This document shows, one piece after another, positions 1 to 12,600 of a DNA stretch of 64,000 nt. The stretch lies in NCBI RefSeq assembly GCF_021869535.1, contig NW_026262637.1, forward strand, positions 19,778,001 through 19,842,000. Direction: 5' to 3'. A model generated the notes under the pieces. It saw nothing but the letters and a program-made list of their open reading frames with translations, did not search any database and was not told where the DNA came from. The stretch comes from Mytilus californianus (taxonomy: Eukaryota). The first letter of the stretch is position 1, and every line of letters begins with the position of its first letter. The position numbers were made by a program, and so were the translations under genes.

Positions 1-209
1 CTGTCTTGTTATCAGAAAAATTCCATTTAATGCAAATTATTGATATGCATGTACTGAGATTTCCATAGATGCACATGCACATATAAATCAAAATATTACA
101 TGGGGCAAATGTCAAAAAGTGACAGCAATTAATTCATCAATACATGCCAAAAATTAAATAAATATTTCTACATGTAACACAGATGTCCTAGACCTTAAAA
201 CAAGTTTAT

Positions 210-1230
210 GACAAATGTGGTGTACACATGAAAAAGGGTAACAAAGTCAAATGTGGCATGCACATGAAAATGGGTAACAAAGTCAAATGTGGTGTGCACA
301 TGAAAAAGGGTAACAAAGTCAAATGTGGTGTCACTGGTGTGCACATGAAAATGGGTAACAAAGTCAAATGTGGCGTGCACATGAAAAAGGGTAACAAAGT
401 CAAATGTGGTGTGCACATGAAAATGGTAGCACAGTCAAATGTGGTGTGCACATGAAAAAGGGTAAAAAAGTCAAATGTGGCGTGCACATGAAAATGGTAG
501 CAAAGTCAAATGTGGTGTGCACATGAAAATGGGTAACAAAGTCAAATGTGGTGTGCACATGAAAATGGGTAATACAGTCAAATGTGGTGTGCATGCACAT
601 GAAAATGGGTAACAGAGGCGGATTTAGTGGGGGGTGTCTAGTCCCCCCCTCCCCCCCCCCCCTTTTTGTGGGAAAAATTTGGTTGATTATTTTGGGAATC
701 ACTGAAGCATAACTGGAGTGGGTCCCCTCTTTGGCAGTCAGTGGGCCCCCCTTATAAAAATTTCTGGATCCGCCACTAGGTAATATAGTCAAATGTGGTG
801 TGCACATGAAAATGGTAACATAGTCAAATGTGGTGTGCACATGAAAATGGTAACATACATGTAGTCAAATGTGGTGTGCACATGAAAATGGTAACATACA
901 TGTAGTCAAATGTGGTGTGCACATGAAAATGGTAACAAAGTCAAATGTGGTGTGCACTTGAAAATGGTAACATAGTCAAATGTTGTGTGCACATGAAAAT
1001 GGTAACATAGTCAAATGTTGTGTGCACATGAAAATGGTAACACAGTCAAATGTGGTGTGCACATGAAAATGGTAACATAGTCAAATGTTGTGTGCACATG
1101 AAAATGGTAACATAATCAAATGTGGTTTGTACATGAAAATGGTAACATAGTCAAATGTGGTGTGTACAACAATATGGTAACATAGTCATATGGGGTGTGC
1201 ACATGAAAATGGTAAAATAGTCAAATGTGG
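210..1230. repeat. Minisatellite, 35-36 bp unit (AAATGTGGTGTGCACATGAAAATG(G)GTAACA(A/T)AGTC), interrupted by a MITE
   Basis: Head-to-tail units read directly with no spacers. The ORFs at 195-840 are translations of the repeat. Confidence 0.95.
613..778. mobile_element. 166-bp MITE with 5-bp TSD (hAT5-like), inserted in the minisatellite
   Basis: Termini CAGAGGCGGAT...ATCCGCCACTA. GGTAA is duplicated at 608-612 and 779-783, and removing the insert restores a repeat unit. The superfamily assignment is inferred. Confidence 0.85.
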
Positions 1231-1284
1231 AGCATCATAGGTTCCAATATCAATTAGAGGCTATAAAGAGCAGGTGTCACTCAC

Positions 1285-2181
1285 CTCGGTCTATGTGTAT
1301 CTTTAACAATGGAGTTTTCCAACAATTTTTTTAAAAGTATTTCCATTAAAATGAAGGGTTTGCCTCCAAATTTTATATCCTTTCTTTTTCCTGACATCAT
1401 CTCAAAAGTATGTTTTACCTTTTGTGAAGCATCTAGATCATTAATATCTAAAAGATTTTATTGTTATTGTGTAATTTGACTTTCATATAAAATTATTAGT
1501 TTATAATTTGTATTAAAATAATATGATTCAAATAAGTTCAAAGATTTCAGGTTAATTTTAATTTCAAATTTTTTATCACTGAATTCTGTTTTAATATGAA
1601 TACAAACAAACATGATATTCACACCTCGACAGCGTTTTACAACCGTGAGCACAATAAAAGCCAAAGAAAAAAATTCAATAAACCCAGGTTTATTTCAGTA
1701 CAAAGTATAAAGTTAAGAATATATCTTCATATTAAAATAACATTAGCATTACAAGAAAGGGCAATAATACATGCCCCTTCACATGTTTACGCATGACATA
1801 ACACCGTAAATTTTCATGAATTTATTACACAAAAATTATAAAAGGTTACATAAATAGTCTGAATCAAGTTGTATATATACATGTTGTATACAGATTTTAC
1901 AAATGTCAAGTCTTAAAGTCATCTGACATAATGGGATTTTCTTGGGATCAAAGGATTAGGACACTTATAAGTACATTAAGCAAATCATTAAACAAGGTGT
2001 TTATATCTCTTAGTCTAGTCGAAAATAATAAATATAAGACTAACACTGCCTATTTTGAAAGCAGGAACTGATTATACAGTACTTGTGAATTTGAAAAATC
2101 TAAATTCTTCAAATGTCAGTATACTCACCTTTTACAACCCATAATAAATTATCGGTCAAATATTTTGCAAGATTGAATTTC
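1285..2181 (-). CDS. Two internal coding exons (2181-2129, 1447-1285) of an unidentified gene that runs off the left end
   Basis: Both exons have pyrimidine-tract TAG acceptors and GTGAGT donors. Exon 2181-2129 is open in only one frame, and the phases join in frame: KFNLAKYLTDNLLWVVK|DINDLDASQKVKHTFEMMSGKRKDIKFGGKPFILMEILLKKLLENSIVKDTHRP. Confidence 0.6.
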
Positions 2182-2283
2182 CTATGTATAATGTGAGAAA
2201 AATGACACAAAATCCCACACCACCAATTCACCCCAACATAAACTATACAATTCTTCCTATCTCATTGTCCAGTAAATTGCCTC

Positions 2284-2473
2284 AATTATAATGAAATGAC
2301 CAGTAAATTAATTTTCTAATTGAAAACTTGAAATATTTTTGACAGTATGTTAAAGGGATACTTTTATAACTATATCAAATTATAATGAAATGACCAGTAA
2401 ATTAATTTTCTAATTGAAAACTTGAAATATTTTTGACAGCATGTTAAAGGGATACTTTTATAACTATATCAAA
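2284..2473. repeat. 94-bp tandem duplication
   Basis: AATTATAATGAAATGACCAG... starts at 2284 and again at 2378, with one mismatch. Confidence 0.9.
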
Positions 2474-2731
2474 ATAGAAATAAATCAATATTTTGAATAT
2501 AATGGTCAATATTAATGTCCAATGGTCTTTTGTCATCAGATGAACTTAATAATTAATGATAATTTAATGTTTCTTAAAAGTCAAATTTGACAGATGTAAC
2601 TTAATTAACTGGGAATATTTAAAAGTTGGTGACAGGTAGGGAATTAATCCAATAGCAATTATTACAAGGATGTTTTTAGGTTAAAAAATAATTACAGTGA
2701 TATCTTCAAACAATGATCAATGTTAAAATTA

Positions 2732-2773
2732 TCTGAGACTACTATAACACATATGTGTTATAGTAGTCTCAGA
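2732..2773. repeat. Perfect 42-bp palindrome
   Basis: TCTGAGACTACTATAACACAT|ATGTGTTATAGTAGTCTCAGA, with no spacer. Confidence 0.95.
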
Positions 2774-3090
2774 AATTATGAAGGTGTTTCAAGATGTATT
2801 AAAGTCAATTTAGCTATGTAACAAATGTGTAAAATAGTTTATTTAATCTGATAAAGAAATGTGTACATTGTGAAAACGCATATTTAGGCAAACAATTTCG
2901 TTTACCATTTTTTTTTTCAGTAGTTGATCCATGTTTACCTGAGTCCTTTGATCTTTTAACCGCAAAATACTTTTATCTTCTATGTGATTTCAAGTGAAAA
3001 GTAGTAAAACTGTGTAACTAATTCCGTTTGATCAACTAATCAATAATTGGTAAACAAATAAACTTAATTTAAACGTAAACATTATCTTAC

Positions 3091-3172
3091 CTGAATAAGA
3101 TTCCACGCAGCTGAAGAAAATAAACAGTGTTGTAAAAAATATTTGATATAAATTCCTGTGTATTGGGGTCAT
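3091..3172 (-). CDS. Putative first coding exon encoding a signal-peptide-like leader
   Basis: ATG at 3172 gives MTPIHRNLYQIFFTTLFIFFSCVESYS, followed by a G|GTAAGA donor and lying below a promoter-like region. The link to the downstream exons is not fully reconstructed. Confidence 0.45.
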
Positions 3173-3380
3173 GTTTACCCGGCAGTTGTAACACTGTAAA
3201 ACCACTTTAACCACAGAATTTCATCTTTTGTAATATTTTTTTGCGTATCAAAATTATAGAATTTAATCCAAAACATATTGAAAATCCCTGTCATACTGTT
3301 AATTTTGTTAAATTCATCTTTTCACATCTTACATTTATTCCAACTTGACCATGCTTTTCATATTTGTGAAATTGACAAAC

Positions 3381-3430
3381 TGACGTCACAGTAAAAACCA
3401 CATGTGGTCATCCTAGTGGGCGGGTCTTCA
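3381..3430. promoter_or_regulatory. Promoter-like cluster: CRE palindrome TGACGTCA (3381-3388) and GC box GGGCGG (about 3418-3423)
   Basis: The motifs are seen in a locally CpG-richer segment about 200 bp upstream of the signal-peptide exon. Confidence 0.45.
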
Positions 3431-4819
3431 AAATAAAAGGAAGCGAAACGTATTTGAAGCACGCAGGTAAAGCCGAAAATACCTGTTATCGTAACAGTTG
3501 TAAACTTCTGTAACTCATAACTGTTTACTATTTTACAATGATTTACATGACCTTTCAGTTTAACTTTGGAAACATTTTACAAAAAAAGATTAATTATTGT
3601 AGGTTCACTGTAGTAAAGTGATTAAAATGTAGATTTGCTGTTTAAAACTCGAGGCCCATAGCAGCCTGCACAAATATATTTCATTTTGATAATATTTTTT
3701 TTTAAATTTTATCCAGAAACAAGTTAGTTCTTTTAAAGTAAGTAAACAGTTTTCCAGGTACTTTTTAGTATAAAGTATATATGTCTCTGTTTACAGTGAG
3801 TGCCTATTTATAGTTTTAAAGGAATTAGGCAAGACTTTTAAATTGGTCATTTGTCCAGTAATAATTCTGATGAGGAGCCAATTTAAATATGATAGCAGAT
3901 GCGGATGCAGGATTTTGAAAAGGGTGGGGGGAGGAGGCGAATGGTCAAAGATGTCATTTAAGAGAGGTAACTCGTATAAGATTGAATGAGCTTAACATCC
4001 AGTGGCAAATATTTCAAGCATATTTAGGACAAGAACAGATTATCGGTATCAATAAATCCAGTAAGTAGGTTTTGCAGTGTGGGTCAACCATGATAAAGGG
4101 TATAGAGTGACAGGAGTAAAAGATAAGGGCATAAATTTGAGTTGGTAGAGGCCACCTATCAGAACACCTCAGAGTTGTTGCTACTGGGTTCTTTTACTTG
4201 CAGAGTGGCACTCTTCCTACAAAGGCATCAGATATAATGTTTGTATATCTTATATTGCTGGTCATTTCCACTGTTTGGGTACAGTTTCAATCTATTATAG
4301 TTAACTATAACAGTTTTCAAAATAATAGTCAAAATGCTTATATTGGTCAAAAATCTTCATCAAAGGGCAATAACTCCTTTATTACTTCAATTGATGGTTT
4401 CGGTTATATAAAGAAATTTAAATCTCCTGAATTGCTGATTAATTTTTCTGTTTCCATTGCCTGCCTTTCTTTTATAGTTTTCAAGAAAATAGGCAAAATA
4501 CAAATGTACTTCAACAATTGCCAATCAGGAGCAATAACTCCAATAATTATGGTAGAGATTGAAAATCAAAGCGCGAAAGCGCTGTAAAGGCAGTTAATTA
4601 CAGGTTGTGTGTATTTTAAGTCCAGTTATATCATTATCTTGCATAGTACAGTGTACTTATCAGAGGTGGCTTTCAGTATTTAAGATTTAGAGTTCTCTAA
4701 TGATATTGAACAAGTTATATGAATGTCATATTCTGAGCACTATATGAAGGTGATTGTTCTCACTTGTTTATGAACTAGTGCATTATGTCCAGTTTGTACC
4801 TTTTTTATCTATGTTTATA

Positions 4820-5095
4820 GTCAAATTAGTTATCAAAGGTACCAGGATTATAATTTAATACGCCAGACGCACGTTTCGTCTACATAAGACTCATCAGTGA
4901 CGCTCAGATCAAAATAGTTATAAAGTCAAACAAGTACAAAGTTGAAGAGCATTGAGGACCCAAAATTCCAAAAAGTTGTGCCAAATACGGCTAAGGTAAT
5001 CTATTCCTTGGATAAGAAAATCCTTAGTTTTTCGAAAAATTCAAAAGTTTTGTAACAGGAAGTTTATAAAAATGACCATATAATTGATATTCAAA
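4820..5095 (+). repeat. Interspersed repeat fragment (unclassified)
   Basis: GC-richer block (GGTACCAGGATTATAATTTAATACGCCAGACG...) that resembles, from recall, an abundant bivalve non-autonomous element. No second copy is present in the window. Confidence 0.4.
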
Positions 5096-5244
5096 TACTG
5101 TTTAGAATAAATGTACATTGCAACATGTCAACTCTTTCAATGACAATACTTTTTTAAGAAACTATAACTCCAAGCAAAATTATATTTCCAAGTTTAAAGT
5201 AATTTATGAATGAAAAAAGGAGTTCTTAATTAAGAAATAAAGTG

Positions 5245-5485
5245 ATTCGCTGAGCGCAGCTGGATACACCCGCAGAGGTCCAACCCTGAACAGTTGGGGC
5301 AAAAATGGACACAATATTCAAGCTTGATACAGGTCTGAATTTGGATTGTAATTAAATATTTGACATATTATAGTTTCTGAATAAATGTAGTCAAAGAACT
5401 TGAAATCGGTTATATGAATTGAATTCATATTCAATTAAAGATTTCTTGCTGTTGTGCAATACACTGTGCTGTTGCGCAATACTTA
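5245..5485 (+). mobile_element. Deleted copy (head plus short CTTGCTATTGCGCAATAC segment) of the HINE-like family at 43803
   Basis: Shares the head CGCAGCT(G/T)GATAC..CCGCAGAGGTC..ACCCTGAACAGTTGGGGCAA with the copies at 32228, 43803 and 63270 (reverse). Confidence 0.8.
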
Positions 5486-5642
5486 ATAAATCTGTTGCCA
5501 GACTATAAACAAATAAAGTTCAATTTCTTCTCAATGTCATATTTGAAATTTATGAAAATCTATAGGGAGATTACATCAATAGCTATAAATAATTCACCAA
5601 AGTTTCATGCGAACTGCTTAAAGCATTTTTGAGTTGTTGTCC

Positions 5643-6723
5643 AACAAGAGTGCACACGCTGAAATGTCTCGCCTTCTTTACTAATCACTGATATTATGTT
5701 GATAGTCCTTAATATAAAGCTTTATTACAACTGTCACATAAACTTAACATTAACCAAGAAAACTAAACATTGACCAATGAACCATGAAAATGAGGTCAAG
5801 GTCAGATGAACCATGCCAGGCAGGCATGTACAGCTAACAATTCTTCCATACAACAAATATAGTTGACCTATTGCTTATAGTTTAAGAAAAACAGACCAAA
5901 ACACAAAAACTTAACACTGAGCAATGAACTGTGAAAATGAGGTCAAGGTCAAATAAAACCTGCACGACTGACATATAGATCATAAAATATTTCCATACAC
6001 CAAATATAGTTGACCTATTGCATATAGTATTAGAAAAAAAGACCAAAACTCAAAATCTTAACTTTGACCACTGAACCATGAAAATGAGGTCAAGGTCAAA
6101 TGAGACCTGCCAGCTAGACATGTACACCTTACAATCATTCCATACACCAAATATAGTAGACCTATTGCATACAGTATAAGAAACACAGACCAAAACACAA
6201 AAACTTAACTATAACCACTGAACCATGAAAATGAGGTCAAGGTCAGATGACACCTGCCAGTTGGACATGTACGCCTTAAGGTCCTTCCATACATCGAATA
6301 TACTTGACCTATTGCTTATAGTATCTGAGATATGGACTTGACCACCAAAACTTAACCTTGTTCACTGATCCATGAAATGAGGTCGAGGTCAAGTGAAAAC
6401 TGTCTGACGGGCATGAGGACCTTGCAAGGTACGCACATACCAAATATAGTTATCCTACTACTTATAATAAGAGAGAATTTAACATTACAAAAAATGTTAA
6501 CTTTTTTTTCAAGTAGTCACTGAACCATGAAAATGAGGTCAAGGACATTGGACATGTGGCTGACGGAAACTTCGTAATATGAGGCATCCATATACAAAGT
6601 ATGAAGCATCCAGGTCTTCCACCTTCTAAAATATAAAGCTTTTAAGAAGTTAGCTAACGCCGCCGCCACATCACTATCCCTATGTCGAGCTTTCTGCGAC
6701 AAAAGTCGCAGGCTCGACAAAAA
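5643..6723. mobile_element. Helentron-associated (HINE-like) non-autonomous element with internal tandem core repeats
   Basis: Starts AACAAGAGTGCACACGCTGAAATGTCTCGCC. It has repeated ~150-170 bp cores (AACCATGAAAATGAGGTCAAGGTCA) and a terminal hairpin GTCGAGC...GCGACAAAAGTCGC...GCTCGAC next to an A-run. The same family occurs at 30134 and 31127-31775. Confidence 0.75.
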
Positions 6724-6829
6724 CTGGAAAATCCCCCCTTTTTTAATGAATAAAACCCCATAACTCAGAAATGTAAAATCTAAAATTTATAAAATTCTAA
6801 AGGGAGCTTACGGATTGATAATTTAGTCT

Positions 6830-7405
6830 TAGATGCAAGATTTTTTTATCAGTTGCTAGTGGCTTTGAACTAGCTGTCAGTAACTTTGAGTACTCTCAGA
6901 TCTGTACTTAAGTGTCTTTTTGTTGTTTGGATGTACAACTACCCGACCACATCCACTTGTATTTATCCATCTGATGAGTTAAGCCTCTTTCAACTGATTT
7001 TTATAGTTCGTTCTTATATTGTACTGTTACACCACTGTCCCAGGTTAGGGGGAGGGTTGGGATCCCGCTAACATGTTTAACCCGACACATTCTGTATGTA
7101 CATGTATGTGCCTGTCCCAAGTCAGGAGCCTGTAATTCAGTGGTTGTTGTTTGTTTATTTATGTGTTGCATATTTGTTATATTCGTTCATTTTTTGTACA
7201 TAAATTAGGCCGTTAGTTTTCTTGTTTAAATTTTTTACATTGGAATTGTCATTTTGGGGCCTTTTATAGAGCTCTGACTGTGCGGTATGGGCTTTGTTCA
7301 TTGTTGAAGGCCGTACTGTGACCTATAGCTGTTAATTTCTGTGTCATTTGGTCTCTTGTGGAGAGTTGTCTCATTGGCAATCATACCACATCTTCTTTTT
7401 TATAT
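6830..7405 (+). repeat. Abundant interspersed repeat; related segments recur across the window
   Basis: The core (AACATGTTTAACCC..GCCTGTCCCAAGTCAGGAGCC) and/or tail (TTGAAGGCCGTAC..GTTGTCTCATTGGCAATCATACCACATCTTC) recur at about 12785-13088 (-), 13760-14000, 41190-41815, 52860-53172, 54838-54990, 55655-55830 (-), 61700-61800 and 63305-63445. Confidence 0.8.
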
Positions 7406-7699
7406 TTACATCAACAGATATAAACAATTCACCAAAGTCAAGGTGAGACAACAAAACTTAGTGGTAAGATCTCTGAAATGTTTTACACGGTACAAGTTTT
7501 TCTCATTGTTGGAGATTGTACGGTGACAGTAACACCTGTAACTGCTTAAACCCATTAATTTCTTATGCACTTTAGTTGGATAAACTCACTGAATATCATA
7601 CCACATCTCCTTATTTTTATATGCATTACAATTTACATGTGCATGTAATTATAAATATATATATATATATCAGAACAAAATTCATTGCGTCACTTTTAT

Positions 7700-9653
7700 T
7701 TATGCATCCTTTGGCACAATACAAGTTCTAAAATTACACAACATAGTACAACTAAATGTTATTTCAGATGAAAGTTTTGTTTCAGTTCCATTCATAGGAT
7801 TTATTAGAATTTTGTATGTTTTGCCTAGTCTAATAATTCGCTCTACATTGTGTATGTGCACATGTTAATTGGAGACTTTTCTATCCCGTATAAGAGTTTT
7901 GGAACTAATTCGGTTTCTTTTTTTGAAAAAAGTTAGCAAACAAATCTTGCACATTTAAACCTTTGTCTGCCATCACACTGTCACCTGGATCACATAATTG
8001 AACTATTCTACATCTTTCAACTATTTCATAGTCACTGGTAGAACCAACATATGCATTAGAGACATAGTTGACTAAACCACCAGGTGTCGAACATACAAGT
8101 ATTTTCAGTGTTTCTGTTTTTATATGATGAAAAGGTTACCTGAGCTCTAGGAGCTTTAGGTTTTATCACGGGATATTCTGTGCTGTCAATAATAATCCAA
8201 GTCGTAGGAACTTTTAATTTGAAGTTGGATGGTGAAAAATACCTGACTAAACCACTAGATGGCCAAGTGTTAGCCTCACACCACTGTTTAGACATAAAAA
8301 CAATCCATGTATACACAATATTCTTAACACTAGATTCAATCTAGAATCTAGAAAGTTCAAAGTTGGTAGTATAATGCCTCAATTTCATCAAAGTCATAAA
8401 AAAACTGATTTTCAACTGACACCCTATCAATTTGAAAATATATGTATCTCAAACAATGTGCTGCTGGACCAAGTGTGGTCAAAACAAATAAAAATTTAGT
8501 ATACAACTCTAAACCGGTATAAAAATGCATGGCTGTGTCACTTGTCTTCATTTCAAAATTCTCTGCTGAAAACATAGGCATTGATGGTGTTTGCATAATT
8601 CCATCTGTGAAGCTCAACATTAGCTCGGCAGTTGGTGGTGGACAGTCATAAATCCTTTCTGCAGTATGAATGAATTCTTCAGGAAAACCAACTTTACAAT
8701 CAAAACTTTCCTCTAGATTTCTACTACAATATTCATCAAGTTTAGTTCTTTTGTTTTCACAGGAAACTGCCCTGATTTTTCTTTTTGCGGACGATTCAGT
8801 CTCTTGTTTGGTCCAGGAAAATAGGCTGGGAATGGCAGTAGACTTAAGTCTCTGAATGGTGGGTTTGCGCCCTGAAAAAGGTTATAAAACATTAGTTTTT
8901 TGATAATTAAATGAACTTCCATTAGCAATGTATAATTTGTATTACCTGGCGAAATATTAACTAGATTTATTCATTACAATCTGGATAAAACTATGTTTGC
9001 CTGATTCAATGTATGTTATGTAAATCCAAAGGACAAACAATGAGAGGCTTATGCAACAAACGTACATTGTTTGTACCTAAATAACTATAACATAGATGAG
9101 AGCATGTCATTGTTTTGTTCCTGTTAACATTGTCATTGATATTTTTCAAGAAAGTCTATGAGGCATAGCTTATGCATTCCTGTCATTACTACATTAGCAT
9201 AATTACTGCTAAAATAATTCTCAGTATGATATACCTCTTGTAAGAAATCTTTATAATTGTAGCAATCACCAAAAAATCTCAAACAGATCACATTGAATCG
9301 TAATCCAAAAAATTATGACGTCTTGAATTAACCACCCCCTTTTATTCTAAAACGATAATTGCGGTTGTAAACAGACTTTGGTTTATTCGCATGGCGATTA
9401 CATATATAATTATATATTTCAAAAAGAAAATAGAGTTTTACCATGAATAGTTTCCTGCACGTAGTCTTTTTCAGTAAAATGTGCCTTGCAAACAACAGCT
9501 GATCGAGATGGACTCCACGATTTCATCGTGTTCTCGTCCAATCTGCGTATGGGCCATGGCGTTGATCCAACTTTTCCTTCTTTTTAAGTCATTTGGAAAT
9601 GCATGTCCTCCTCTTAAATGACATCCAGGTACACAACAACAAGTACTTGGCAT
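7700..9653 (-). pseudogene. Decayed THAP + HTH_Tnp_4 + DDE_Tnp_4 transposase (ISL2EU/PIF-Harbinger-type DNA transposon)
   Basis: THAP pieces: MPSTCCCVPGC..HAFP..RRKSWI, a frameshifted VVCKAHF, and after an intron (about 9441-8873) RLKSTAIPSLF. Then MHFYTGL, IIIDSTE..FSSYKNRNT, CDPGDSVMADKG and HNVERII..LCNFRTCIVPKDA* (stop at 7700-7702). It has several frameshifts and stops. Confidence 0.85.
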
Positions 9654-12600
9654 CGTTAATTAAAAATGTAACTGAAATAGTTGCACAGCGCAGAAACCGG
9701 AAGTTGAGGAACAGGATCGGCTACCACGGCGCCACCTATTCAGGGACGATAATTTGCTACTTTACATAACTGCGAAATAACAATAACGTTAGACGGGTTC
9801 ACGTGCATAAACAGAAACGCGCTTTAAATTGTATAATATAATTCATGTTGAGTCGACCTTTAATTATTATATCAACGACTGAAATGATTTATAAACATAT
9901 AGATTGCAGATAACACTCGAAATTAACCCGAGCTCTTTCCACACGGAATTCAAATAATTCTAGTTTGTCAATCGGTTGACTGCTTATAATGCAAAATACA
10001 AATATATCAAAAGTTTTTAAAACTAACAAAACACAATGATCGTTTCTCTATTTCCCAATGTAAATGAAATGAAACAAAAACATTTTATATCACAAAAAGA
10101 AGAGGAGAGAATTCAACATTTCCGGATCTACTTGGAGGCTAACGACCCCCACGTAGATAAGTTGGATATCGCGGAAGGAAGGATTAACCCGGCAACTAGA
10201 AAGGCATTAAAGCACTGCCTTTAAAAAAGTAGATCTTAACATAATGAGAAATTTTTTCCCTGTTTAGAGAAATACTAGTACTAGCATTTTATTTATTTAT
10301 AGCCATAATAATTTTTGATACATAAATCGTAGAGTAATATTATAATATCTTGAATATTTCATGACTTAGGCTATTTTACTGAATAAAGATTTTGAATTCT
10401 TCTTCAAATTTTTCTCTTTTGTCAATACTTATCAAGTCACAGTGCATATTCAAAATATGATGATAGTAGATTGGTGTTTAACATCCAGTGGCAGTTATTA
10501 CATGCATATCAGAAGATCATGTTAATGTGATATAAATTTGAACTTTGCTTTGTACTTGACCAACATCATCATTAAATTGGATTTTTAACGTGCTAGTTCA
10601 CAAGATAACAGTACGCAGGAAGACATACCATTCCTGTGTGGGACACATTATTCTTACGTCGAGGCAACAAGTCTCTAACTCCTAAATGCTGCATGTTAAG
10701 TATTGAAGCAGCAAATACATTTTTTTTTCTCTAAGGGATCTAACCAATGATGAACCAACAAATGACCTCCCGCAAGTTCTACAACAAGTCATTCAAAATA
10801 AATGGACAGACTGATATCTTGATTCTTGTCTCTCTCTAGGCTGTCACTTCTCTTTGTACACTTTCTTAACCAGGCTCCTCCACATGTTTTTAGGTTTTCC
10901 CCATTTATTTTTCTTTCAACATTCAATCAAGGAACAACATTTCCTAATCAGTTTTCATTCATACTCATATCTCTGTCTTTGTCATTACATATTTGGCTAT
11001 TTCCTCCTCAAAGGTATCTGCTACTTCATAACTGACTTATCAATTATTGTTTTTTTATTTGAAAAAACACACATTGTGGTTAGGTTTTATATTTGAAAAA
11101 AACTTACATTATAGGTTCATTTGAAATTGTAAAGATGTATGAAAATGGTATCTGAAAGGGTAAGGGTAACATCATATTAACTAATACAGGAAGAGTATTG
11201 TTAGTATGATCAGCGACATTAGTAGGAACATATTTACTAATTGATATCTCTTTTATGAGTCACTTAAATTAAGCTGTAAGCCTACCCAAAAGTTAACATA
11301 CTTATTTCAAACCTGAATCTAAGGATTGGTAAAACAGTATCTTAATTCATACAAGTGAAAATATCATCAATTGTTTCTTTGTCAACACTGTGAATACAAA
11401 TGAAAGAATTTCATAAAAAAATAAAGCAATTTTAAATTGTATGACTCGTGTCACGCATGATAGTTAATCTTGCATGTATGCAAGGAGTATCAAATGGTAT
11501 TATATGGTATAAGTTAGCTATACTTACAAGGCTGTTGATGTTTTTATTGAGAAAAAAAAAATATGACTGTTTCAATTGAAATGGACATTGATTTGCTTCA
11601 CAAGCATTTTTGACATTATTTAAGGGTTTCTTTGTTCCTAGTTTACATTCTGGAAAAAAAGATTACTTTTTCTATAACTGTTTCATTTTGAATGGAAATT
11701 TATTGGCAAGCATTTTTGGAATTGTTCAAGGGTTTCCTTCTTCCAGGTTTACCTTATCTGTAGTAATGTATACATAAACAGATTACAATTACCAGTAATG
11801 CAATTACATCATAGAGATCATTTCATATAATGTTTTGCATAAAAAAAATGAAAAAAGAATGTAAAGAGAAGAAAGGTTCATGAACAAAAACCTTAGACAA
11901 TAAATTATAAAAATATCTTCAGAATAAAAAACACTGTAATCAGATAACACAGGGGAGAGAAAGATTATGAAAAAAAGAATAACTGCATTAAACAATCTCT
12001 ACAGGGCATTTTTTTTTTTTCTAATAATTTAAATAACATTAAACTTTGAAGATCCTCTTACTTAAAGATCTTCAAATGTAATACTTACAAATTTAAAATA
12101 AAAAAACAAAGACCTGTAACATCCACTGATATGATCTGACATGATTATACTATTATATCATAATACTTCAAAGAAATAAGAAAACGATCTTTCATTCAAA
12201 TATAACTCAAGTGTTTGTAAAATCTGACAAAGATTTGATATTATTAGATTTGATATTAAATGATATTAAAATTTTCGTCTATTCTGTATTTTCTTAAGCT
12301 TTTAGTTCAAAATCTCCAAAGTGTTATGTATATATCATGCAGTCTAAGTTCAGAATAAATATGTACAGTAGAATAAATATTATTCTACTGTACTTGAAAT
12401 ATTTAAGATTTTGAATTGGCATAAAAAAAGTATGCATGAAAGGGTGTTCAAGAGTTATTTTCAAAACTTCCAAGGCAATTCTTTTTTTTAAACAGCCCTT
12501 AGGAGTAAAAAGTATAAATATATATATGTACTGCACTTACTTTGTTTCTGCTCAGCACAGTCACAGTTTCAGTCCTAAAATTAATTTTTCTCTATAACAC

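Noticed and set aside
195-840. His/Cys-rich ORFs (HVHTTFDFVT and MCTPHLT repeats) suggesting a metal-binding protein
   Set aside because: They are translations of the 36-bp minisatellite, open on both strands only because the unit lacks stops.
210-1230. CRISPR-like 36-bp repeat array
   Set aside because: The units are contiguous with no unique spacers, there are no cas genes, and the context is eukaryotic.
3700-3760. Possible plus-strand first exon (GTAAGT donor at about 3739) from a bidirectional promoter, feeding the nested gene at 24589
   Set aside because: No intervening coding exons or phase link could be supported from sequence alone.
4198-4587. 129-aa ORF with a hydrophobic N-terminus
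   Set aside because: It lies in HINE-like repeat sequence (AAGGGCAATAACTCC cores, terminal GCGCGAAAGCGC hairpin) and has no recognisable domain.
10036-10224. 62-aa ORF divergent from the THAP gene
   Set aside because: No recognisable motif or splice support. It is kept only as a lead within the transposase finding.
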